This document shows, one piece after another, positions 26,020-32,289 of a stretch of DNA of 40,563 nt. Both the position numbers and the translations under genes were made by a program. This stretch comes from a virus. The notes under the pieces are model-generated. The model searched no databases and had not been told where the DNA came from. It worked only from the letters and a program-made list of their open reading frames with translations. The stretch covers positions 1 through 40,563 of IMG/VR virus record IMGVR_UViG_3300006738_000023; one strand, given 5' to 3'. Every line of letters starts with the position of its first letter. The stretch's first letter is position 1.

Positions 26020-26252
26020 TATTCATCACCCTAAGCGGCATCGCCATCGGCATCGCCGTAGTGGGCCTAGTGTTCATGCACACGCGGCCCATATCGCCTC
26101 ACATCATGCGCGCCTGCCACATCATGCACGCCATCACCCTGACGATAAGCACCGCCACCATTACCGCCGCCCTCGCCCACCTGGGCGAGCCGCAAGCGTG
26201 CTGGTTGGCGGTGGATCTCCTGGGGGTAGTCATTGACGCTTGCACGCCCTAG
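26016..26252 (+). CDS. 78-aa membrane protein
   Basis: Start moved to the ATG at 26016 (ATGA overlap). MIFITLSGIAIGIAVVGLVFM plus further hydrophobic helices. Confidence 0.5.
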   Translation: MIFITLSGIAIGIAVVGLVFMHTRPISPHIMRACHIMHAITLTISTATITAALAHLGEPQACWLAVDLLGVVIDACTP

Positions 26253-26505
26253 CGCTACTCTGCCCGTGTCGCTGCAAAATCAGCGACCGGGTTTAGCAGC
26301 TCGCAACTCTTTCAGGCGCACAGCGCCCCGTTTCATCGTGTAGGCGTTTTTTTACGCCCGCAGGATGCACTATGGCGGGCCGTGCGTGGGGCACCTTCGG
26401 GTGCGCCGGTGTTCCTGAAGAGCCGGTCTGCTAACCCGCGTACGGTTCGCCACCATTGATTAGCAGCATAGTGGCGAACTCCAAACATCTTCAGGAGTTA
26501 CCGCA

Positions 26506-27288
26506 ATGTCTATACCTACCATTTCCGTTTCTGGTGTTTCCCTTCCCTATATCGAATACCAGGGCCAACCAGCTGTAACCTTCGCCATGATCGACGCAGC
26601 ACACCAGCGACCGCAAGGCACAGCAAAACGTAACTTTAGATCGAACAAACGCCACCTTATTGAAGGTGAAGACTTCTATGTTGCTGATTCTAAAAGCTTG
26701 GACGAAATTCGTCCCAGCTATCCGGGCCTATTCCCAGCGATGGCCACAAGCATGTTTTTCTTCACCGAAACCGGCTACCTCATGCTGGTCAAATCGTTTA
26801 CCGACGACCTCGCTTGGCAAGTACAGCGCCAGCTAGTGAAAAGCTATTTCCGCGTAAAAGGGGCGATGCAGCCCACCGCCGCCGAACCCATCCCCGCGCC
26901 CATCGACCACCGCCAGCGGGAACAGCTTACCAACGCCGCCAACGCCGTGTTTCGCAATTTCGGCGGCATGCGCCAAAGCGCCACCGGCTGGTTTTATAAC
27001 GGCGTCCGCACGGACTACTGCCTAAAGCGCATCGAAGATTTAAGCCAAGACGACTTCCCGGCAGTCATGGAACGCCTGCAAGCCCTACGCCCCAAGGTGC
27101 GCCAATACGAAGATTTTAGGTATGACTTCCAACAGTCGTTTTTAAAAGAGGTCGTAGGCGAAGGCCAGCCCTACACGGCATGGATCAGCAAGCTAGCCGG
27201 TGGCCAACACCACATCGGCCAGCGCCCCAACTGGAAAGCCATCGCCAAGCAGGTGCTAATCCACAACGGCCTGCTCACCAAACAGTAA
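26506..27288 (+). CDS. ORF6N/KilA-N-type DNA-binding domain protein (antirepressor-like)
   Basis: The N-terminal 120 aa (QPAVTFAMIDAAHQRPQGTAKRNFRSNKRHLIEGEDFYV...FTETGYLMLVKSFTDDLAWQVQRQLVKSYF) fits the ORF6N/Ant N-terminal pattern. AGGAG 8 nt upstream of the ATG. Confidence 0.6.
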   Translation: MSIPTISVSGVSLPYIEYQGQPAVTFAMIDAAHQRPQGTAKRNFRSNKRHLIEGEDFYVADSKSLDEIRPSYPGLFPAMATSMFFFTETGYLMLVKSFTDDLAWQVQRQLVKSYFRVKGAMQPTAAEPIPAPIDHRQREQLTNAANAVFRNFGGMRQSATGWFYNGVRTDYCLKRIEDLSQDDFPAVMERLQALRPKVRQYEDFRYDFQQSFLKEVVGEGQPYTAWISKLAGGQHHIGQRPNWKAIAKQVLIHNGLLTKQ

Positions 27289-27310
27289 GCCCATCCGCGC
27301 CAGCAAGCCC

Positions 27311-27336
27311 AAGCCCGCCACCGTGCGGGCTTTTTG
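27311..27336 (+). terminator. Rho-independent terminator
   Basis: AAGCCCGC-CACCGT-GCGGGCTT followed by TTTTG. Confidence 0.75.
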
Positions 27337-27350
27337 CTGCCTGAACGCCT

Positions 27351-27468
27351 GCGTTATAAAACGCTAGCGTTTTAGCGTTTTATCTTGCACCCCTAGCAGC
27401 GCTTTTCTATACTAGCGTTATTGCGTGCTAGCGTTATTTAACGCTGTAACGCCAGCGCGCAATAACGC
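27351..27468. repeat. 118-bp array of GCGTTA/TAACGC hexamer boxes in unbroken 8-bp register (candidate centromere/operator of the par operon)
   Basis: Box starts at 27351, 27359, 27367, 27375, 27415, 27423, 27431, 27439, 27447 and 27463 all fall on one 8-bp lattice of 15 slots. Orientation is mixed. Positions 27415..27444 are an inverted copy of the 30-bp cassette. The array ends 25 nt before the parA ATG. Confidence 0.8.
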
Positions 27469-27492
27469 AACGTTAGCCAAGGGGAAACACCA

Positions 27493-28137
27493 ATGGGATA
27501 CAAGATTGCCTTCGTGAGCCAAAAGGGCGGCGTCAGCAAAAGCACCCTAAGCCGGGCGCTGGGCACCACCTACGCCGCCGCTGGCTGGAATGTGAAAATA
27601 GCCGACCTCGACATCAACCAGTCTACCTCGTTTACGTGGCTGCAGCGCCGCCTTAAAAGTGGCGCATCGCCGGAAGTCGCGGTTGAAACCTTCGGCACGG
27701 TGGCCAGCGCTCTAAAGGTAGCTGACACCTACGACCTAATGATTTTCGACGGCGCGCCCCACGCCACCAAAGCCACCGCCGAAGTGGCCCGGCTTGCGGA
27801 TCTCGTCGTTCTACCCACCGCGCTAAGCGTTGACGACCTTGAACCCACCGTAAGGCTGGCCAACACACTCACCGGCCAAGAAGGCGTGCCCATCGACCGT
27901 ATCGCTATTGCGCTGAGCAAAGTGGGCAAGAGTAAAACGCAGCTGCAGGATGCCCGCGCCTACCTCGCCCATACGCCCTATTTTGTACTCGATGGCCAAG
28001 TACCCGAGCGCGACGCGTTTGTATTAGCCCAAGACAAGGGGCTGTCGATTGTTGAAACCCCCTTCAAAGGCCCGAAGGCCCAAGCGGATGAACTGATACA
28101 AAACATCATCAACCGCTTTGAATCACTTGTTAATTAA
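27493..28137 (+). CDS. parA: ParA-family partition ATPase (small, type Ib)
   Basis: Deviant Walker A SQKGGVSKST, A' IADLD, Walker B LMIFDGAP. 214 aa with no N-terminal HTH. Confidence 0.9.
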   Translation: MGYKIAFVSQKGGVSKSTLSRALGTTYAAAGWNVKIADLDINQSTSFTWLQRRLKSGASPEVAVETFGTVASALKVADTYDLMIFDGAPHATKATAEVARLADLVVLPTALSVDDLEPTVRLANTLTGQEGVPIDRIAIALSKVGKSKTQLQDARAYLAHTPYFVLDGQVPERDAFVLAQDKGLSIVETPFKGPKAQADELIQNIINRFESLVN

Positions 28138-28167
28138 GCGTTATATAACGCTAGCACGCTAAAACGC
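28138..28167 (+). repeat. 30-bp four-box cassette between parA and the RHH gene
   Basis: GCGTTATATAACGCTAGCACGCTAAAACGC starts at the base after the parA stop and is followed by AGGAG. Confidence 0.85.
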
Positions 28168-28180
28168 AGGAGCTAACACC

Positions 28181-28423
28181 ATGGCAAAGCCAAGCATGAA
28201 ACCCAGCAGCAAAGGCGCACCGCCCACAGCAGCCACCCCCGGCCCGGTGGTAGGCAACAACACCAGCAAGCCGGAAAGCGGCGAAAAGGTGCCGCTTAAT
28301 TTCCGCGTTGATCCTGAAATGCGCCGGGAGTTTAAAGCGTTTGCCGTAGATCATGACATGCAAATGGTGGACGTACTCAAGGAAGCCTGGGCAGCGTACA
28401 AGCGGGAAAAAGGGAAGGGCTAG
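28181..28423 (+). CDS. Ribbon-helix-helix ParG-like centromere-binding protein
   Basis: 80 aa. Disordered basic/Pro-rich N-terminal tail, then an RHH pattern (KVPLNFRVDPEMRREFKAFAVDHDMQMVDVLKEAWAAY). Immediately downstream of a type Ib parA. Confidence 0.7.
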   Translation: MAKPSMKPSSKGAPPTAATPGPVVGNNTSKPESGEKVPLNFRVDPEMRREFKAFAVDHDMQMVDVLKEAWAAYKREKGKG

Positions 28424-28425
28424 CC

Positions 28426-28776
28426 GTGAATAATGAGATCCAGCAGTTTGACCGCCTGATACCTAGCTATGAGCTGGCACTGTGCGCCATTGCTGAGCTT
28501 ATGTCGCACCACTATAAGAGCGTGCTAGAAAGCACCTCGATAGGCCCATGCGAGGGCGGCTATGCCGTCGCGGTCGCTTGCGACACCGGCCCCGCCCTAG
28601 TGGGATTCACCCTGCAGGAAACGCCGTACAACAGCTATCGAGACGCGTTAAGCGCCTTCGGCGTCATGCTGGACGACATCACCGCTCGCCAGGAAGGGCG
28701 CGCAGAATGGAAGAGTGAGGCGTGGTGGGAACAGCACCACGACGACCTGAAAGCCCGCTATGGCTTCGAGCTATAG
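28426..28776 (+). CDS. Hypothetical protein
   Basis: 116-aa ORF with a GTG start 2 nt after the preceding stop. Confidence 0.5.
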   Translation: MNNEIQQFDRLIPSYELALCAIAELMSHHYKSVLESTSIGPCEGGYAVAVACDTGPALVGFTLQETPYNSYRDALSAFGVMLDDITARQEGRAEWKSEAWWEQHHDDLKARYGFEL

Positions 28777-28854
28777 CGCACACTAAAACGCCCACCCGGT
28801 GGCCAGACCGGGCGGGCGTTACGCAACGACATAATACCAATGGGGATTACTATC

Positions 28855-29010
28855 ATGTCAGCAACAGAATATACCACGATTGCGCGCACACCGTTAAACC
28901 AGCTGCATACGCTGCCGCTGCACCTGCTGTGCGCCTACCTATACCAATGCCCAGCCATCAGCCGCCGTGCGCTAGAACGCATCGTGCGTATCCATGAGGA
29001 GGTCGTATGA
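28855..29010 (+). CDS. 51-aa hypothetical protein (not in the ORF track)
   Basis: ATG at 28855 with GGGGA upstream. MSATEYTTIARTPLNQLHTLPLHLLCAYLYQCPAISRRALERIVRIHEEVV. ATGA coupling to the next gene. The 28722..28997 track ORF is in another frame. Confidence 0.45.
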   Translation: MSATEYTTIARTPLNQLHTLPLHLLCAYLYQCPAISRRALERIVRIHEEVV

Positions 29011-29306
29011 TTAATTACTTCCAAGACAACCCAATGGAGGCGCTAACGCGCCTCATTAAAGCGGCCCAAGGAGACAGCCACCAAAGCCACCACGTGCGTC
29101 GATTCCTGCTTGGTTTGTACAACGCTGAAGAATGGCCCTTTGAAATGAATCGCCTCAGGGCGCTGGATCGTCAGCTGCAAATGGCCTGCTTTCGGGTGTT
29201 AGAGCTTGATGTCGTGACATGTGAGCGTGATATACACGAGTACCTGGAAAATGGCGGCACTATTTTTCAGCAATTCTGGCAGCAGGAAAGCGCCAGCAGT
29301 GATTGA
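29007..29306 (+). CDS. Hypothetical protein
   Basis: 99-aa ORF with GAGGAGG upstream. Confidence 0.55.
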   Translation: MINYFQDNPMEALTRLIKAAQGDSHQSHHVRRFLLGLYNAEEWPFEMNRLRALDRQLQMACFRVLELDVVTCERDIHEYLENGGTIFQQFWQQESASSD

Positions 29307-29325
29307 CCTTTTAGCGGCAAGCAAT

Positions 29326-29351
29326 AGCCCGGCCAATGAGCCGGGCTTTTT
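29326..29351 (+). terminator. Rho-independent terminator ending the plus-strand operon
   Basis: AGCCCGGC-CAATGA-GCCGGGCT followed by TTTTT. Confidence 0.8.
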
Positions 29352-29438
29352 CGTCGCAATCAATCAGGTTAATGACCTGGCTGTTATCCGAAGGATTTAT
29401 ATAACGGTATATAAATAACCTGCAACACTGAATGTATA

Positions 29439-29495
29439 AAATTCAAGATAATGACAATAATCTTGAATTTATCACAATAAGCGGGAATTTATCAC
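29439..29495. repeat. AT-rich non-coding block with an 11-bp inverted repeat and two GAATTTATCAC direct repeats
   Basis: AAATTCAAGAT (29439..29449) and ATCTTGAATTT (29460..29470). GAATTTATCAC at 29465..29475 and 29485..29495, 20 bp apart. Lies between convergent transcription units. Confidence 0.7.
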
Positions 29496-29523
29496 GCTTA
29501 TGTACCTGCAAGGCTAACCATCA

Positions 29524-29804
29524 TTAGCCAAGCGATGACGCACGTGAACGCCGCTTTCTTACCCGGCCTTGCAGCCTTTCCCACCATTCGCCGGGTAGCC
29601 AGATCGACACCCAGCGCAATAGCAATTCAGCCCGGCGTGTGTCCGGGTAATCGTCGGGGTAGTGGGTAAAGTCGCTGGCCAGCGCCAGCAGTTGGGCCTT
29701 GCCTTGCTGTTGCACGGCATGGTGGGCGGGGTCAAACGCGGCATCCAGCAGCACGGCCAACCACGTGGCCACTTCATCGGCGTTCATTTTGCGGGGGCGG
29801 GGCA
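29524..29804 (-). CDS. Hypothetical protein
   Basis: ATG at 29804 with AGGTG 6 nt upstream. 93 aa. Confidence 0.5.
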
Positions 29805-29849
29805 TCGCGGGCACCTATTAGCGTGACATATTCCCCACTATAGCAGCCG

Positions 29850-30134
29850 CTAATCGCCCCGGAAATTGTTTTTGAGTATCCAGTTATCCGGCGTGCCGGT
29901 GTTTTGACGCCGGGCGTGGGCCGCTGCCTGCTGTGATCGGGTACGGGCAATCACGCCAATGGCCAAGCGATCTAACCGGCGGCTGCCTGGGTGCTGCACA
30001 TAACCCACCTCGGCACACGCAGCGCATGGGAAGCGGTGAAAAAGCCCATGCGTAAAGCCGTGGCCGTTGCAGTGCGTGCAAGTGGTGGCCTGCAGTTGGG
30101 CAAGCGTGCGGGGAAGGGAAGGCGGTAGCGTCAT
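29850..30134 (-). CDS. Small protein with a DnaJ-type zinc-finger motif
   Basis: CTHCNGHG (CxxCxGxG) plus CAACAEVG. Confidence 0.5.
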   Translation of the reverse strand: MTLPPSLPRTLAQLQATTCTHCNGHGFTHGLFHRFPCAACAEVGYVQHPGSRRLDRLAIGVIARTRSQQAAAHARRQNTGTPDNWILKNNFRGD

Positions 30135-30350
30135 GCGCTTAGTTTACCGGGGGTTGGGGGTTATGTCGCGCTAGCGACATGCAAGCCGCCCACTGAACTA
30201 TAAGCAGGCATTATAGGTGCGCGGCGAACGGGCGTTAGCCCGCCCAACTATGCGGAACCCCTTGCCACTGCTAAACGGGGTTTGGGGTTTAGCGGGGTCC
30301 AGGGGTGCAACCCTTGGGACAACCAGCCCGGCAGGGCTGGGCGTCAGTGT

Positions 30351-30560
30351 AGAGCGTTTCTGCGCTTGCGCAGGCATTTAAAGCCCTTGACCTTGTGCTC
30401 TTAAGAGAGTTTCCGCGCTTGCGCGGGCATTGTGGATAAACCCCACGCTAGTGGGGGTTAGCTGAACCTATTTAATTACATAAGAAGAGCATATTAACGG
30501 TGTACAGCTAATTTATTGCCATATCACCTAACTTTTATTTCAAATCACTTAATTTTACAT
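30351..30560. other. Candidate plasmid-type origin of replication (downstream of repA)
   Basis: Two 27-bp direct repeats, each with a GCGC-TT-GCGC palindrome (30352..30378 and 30405..30431, 24/27 identical, 53 bp apart). Perfect DnaA box at 30431..30439. AT-rich stretch with ATCACYTAAYTTT repeats at 30523 and 30544, 21 bp apart. Confidence 0.55.
30431..30439 (-). promoter_or_regulatory. DnaA box (TTATCCACA on the minus strand)
   Basis: Plus strand TGTGGATAA is a perfect 9/9 match to the consensus. Confidence 0.6.
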
Positions 30561-30751
30561 CTTTAAAGGGGATTGGAATCAGCGGCGGGGATCGGGCGTT
30601 TCGGGGTCGGTTTCGGGCGTAGATCGAAGGGATTTTGCGCCAGCGGGGCGCTAAAACAGGCAGGGAAACGGGGCAAGGGTAGCACCCAGCCACGGGCTAA
30701 GCGCCCGGCGTGGGGCGCTGCGTGGCATTCTGGGGTGGGGTTAGCGGCGGG

Positions 30752-31717
30752 CTAGTGTCGTCGCTGCCGGTCTAACCACTCTTCATACGGCGGGTATTTG
30801 ATGCGTACCAGCTTGTTAACCTCGGCATAGCTGGCACCGGGGTTATCGCGCACCACCTGGGCAAAGTAGGCGTTTGCCTCTTGGTTATAGCGGCGCTGCA
30901 GTTCTTTTTCATCGTTGGCGTCGGGTAGATCCTTCTTACCCCGGCGCTGCTTCTGCATCGCTCTGGGGCCGCTGCCTGCCATCGCTAGGCGGCTACGGGC
31001 CTGGGCGGCGTCGTACGCCTTGGGGTGCTGCTCGCGGTGCTTACGGCGGGCTTTCTTAATGCGGTTGCTGCACCAGTCGCGGAACTCCTTAAACTTCTGG
31101 TAGCCCACACGCCCCAGCGCCAGCAGAAAATCCGGGTTGAGTAGCTTCACAGCAGGCCGGGCGCGCTTAGTACCGTCGGCTTTCACCTCATGCTGCAAAT
31201 GCACGGTGAACGCGCCAGCGAGCTTCAAGCGCCGGAAGGCGCGCCAAAAGCGTTGGCTAGGCTCTGGGGCTTCGGGGGTGCTGCCGGGTGCCAGCAGGCC
31301 CGCCACGCGGGCAATTTCCGCACAGCTGCGGTGCTTGAAACCGCCATCGGGCAGGGGGGTGCCCACACGCAGACTGGCGAACTCGGTAAACTGGATAATG
31401 GCAGAAAGTACCAGCGACTCAGCAGCGCGGGCCTCGGATCGGTTACAACGGGGGTTACCATCGGCGTTCGCCTTACCGTTCAAATTCGCCAGGGTGGGCA
31501 ATAGGCCGGGGCTGTTGTAATAGGCTTTGGCACCGTCCACCAGCGCTTGCAGGGTGGCGGGTAGCCGCCCCTTTTTCAGCGGTTGGCAATAGCGGTCAAA
31601 TTCCCCTTTAGCAGGGTCGTGGCCACACCGGTTACCGGTTCCCCAGTATTTGCCGGGGTGTTCGTACGGCACGCGCCCCCACTTGCGGGGCTGCGCGTTC
31701 TCTGCTGCAGCATCCAT
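30752..31717 (-). CDS. repA: Plasmid-type replication initiator, IncFII RepA-like
   Basis: ATG at 31717 (the track start at 31723 is TTG). The central region (RSCAEIARVAGLL...SQRFWRAFRRLKLAGAFTV...ARPAVKLLNPDFLLALG) parallels R100 RepA (ITTLAIECGLA...ITRATRALTFLSELGLITY...YIPTDITFTSALFAALD). Basic C-terminus. The replicon context also supports the call. Confidence 0.55.
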   Translation of the reverse strand: MDAAAENAQPRKWGRVPYEHPGKYWGTGNRCGHDPAKGEFDRYCQPLKKGRLPATLQALVDGAKAYYNSPGLLPTLANLNGKANADGNPRCNRSEARAAESLVLSAIIQFTEFASLRVGTPLPDGGFKHRSCAEIARVAGLLAPGSTPEAPEPSQRFWRAFRRLKLAGAFTVHLQHEVKADGTKRARPAVKLLNPDFLLALGRVGYQKFKEFRDWCSNRIKKARRKHREQHPKAYDAAQARSRLAMAGSGPRAMQKQRRGKKDLPDANDEKELQRRYNQEANAYFAQVVRDNPGASYAEVNKLVRIKYPPYEEWLDRQRRH

Positions 31718-31773
31718 TCGCAAAATCTCGCTTGAGACTTGCCCGCGTCTTGTGCAGCAGTTAAACTCTGAGG

Positions 31774-31854
31774 AGTCGGTTTTGTGCCCCAGCCTTTAAG
31801 GTTTGCTGCCCAAAACATCCGAGAAGCCCCAGCGCCAACTGGGGCTTTTCTTTT
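31774..31854 (+). ncRNA. Candidate countertranscript (CopA-like antisense RNA) against the repA leader
   Basis: Plus-strand TTGCCC (31739..31744), 17 nt, TAAACT (31762..31767). Plus-strand terminator AAGCCCCAG-CGCCAA-CTGGGGCTT followed by TTCTTTT at 31824..31854. The predicted RNA is about 80 nt and fully complementary to the repA 5' leader. Confidence 0.4.
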
Positions 31855-31960
31855 GGGTGTCTATCTAGTTAATTTGTATGTCTTTTTTGCCTTCTAACCA
31901 ACGCCGCCCGGCGCTGGTCATCAACTCACTGTTTGCCAATCCTAGCATTACAAAAGCGTT

Positions 31961-31979
31961 TTGACACGAACTGTGTTAA
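31961..31979. promoter_or_regulatory. ACAC-N5-GTGT operator upstream of the repA leader
   Basis: TTGACAC-GAACT-GTGTTAA has 6/7 symmetric arms and the same architecture as the cI/cro operators. Confidence 0.5.
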
Positions 31980-32005
31980 AAAAATTTGCTCAAAACGCTC
32001 TGGGC

Positions 32006-32233
32006 CTAGGTGAATGCGGGGCTAGTGGGGCCGTGTTTGCCCGCGCGCTGCAGCTCATGCCCCAGCGCATCGCGCACCATGGCTAGAATCATGTGGCTGC
32101 CCGCGTGCGACTCTTCGCCGGTCACCTGCATAAATTCCATCATCACATCAATGTTCTGCAGCGTATCGCGCTGGTTAATGCCTACCAGTACGTTAGTGTT
32201 ATATCGCTGCGTCGTTCCCTGCTGCTCGCTCAT
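32006..32233 (-). CDS. 75-aa protein upstream of repA (CopB-position gene; SOS-controlled antirepressor candidate)
   Basis: ATG at 32233 with GGAGG 8 nt upstream (MSEQQGTTQRYNTNVLVGINQRD...). A LexA box lies 41 nt upstream. Confidence 0.55.
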   Translation of the reverse strand: MSEQQGTTQRYNTNVLVGINQRDTLQNIDVMMEFMQVTGEESHAGSHMILAMVRDALGHELQRAGKHGPTSPAFT

Positions 32234-32273
32234 TGTGTCGCCTCCCCTGCGCGCGTTTGCGCACACCTAAAAA

Positions 32274-32289
32274 CTGTTTATACATACAG
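32274..32289. promoter_or_regulatory. LexA (SOS) box CTGT-N8-ACAG
   Basis: CTGTTTATACATACAG has perfect CTGT/ACAG arms and an AT-rich 8-nt spacer. It is the only such site I found in the window. It overlaps candidate -10 elements (TATAAA, TATGAT) on the minus strand. Confidence 0.65.

Noticed and set aside
26415-26422. CTGAAGAG resembling the hammerhead ribozyme CUGANGA core
   Set aside because: There is no downstream GAAA element and no stem II/III arrangement that would complete a hammerhead.
26436-26450. GGTTCG resembling a tRNA T-arm; tRNA or attP core search
   Set aside because: No cloverleaf can be drawn around it, and no GGTTCGAATCC-type motif occurs anywhere in the window. I conclude there is no tRNA gene.
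27351-27468. Box arrays as a CRISPR array or iterons of the replicon
   Set aside because: The units are 8 bp with no spacers of CRISPR size and no cas genes. The arrays sit next to par and scattered genes, not next to repA, whose own downstream repeats are different.
28787-28820. 13-bp stem-loop (AACGCCCACCCGGT...ACCGGGCGGGCGTT) as a terminator
   Set aside because: No U-run follows it, and it lies inside an operon just ahead of a coupled ORF pair. It is more likely an mRNA structural element. Evidence was insufficient to annotate it.
29465-29495. TTATCAC words as DnaA boxes
   Set aside because: TTTATCACA is one base short of the TTATNCACA consensus in any register. Only 30431..30439 is a true 9/9 box.
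30573-30755. 60-aa plus-strand ORF in the GC-rich spacer downstream of repA
   Set aside because: It has a Gly/Arg-rich low-complexity translation and no SD. The region fits better as a non-coding spacer between repA and the origin-like block.
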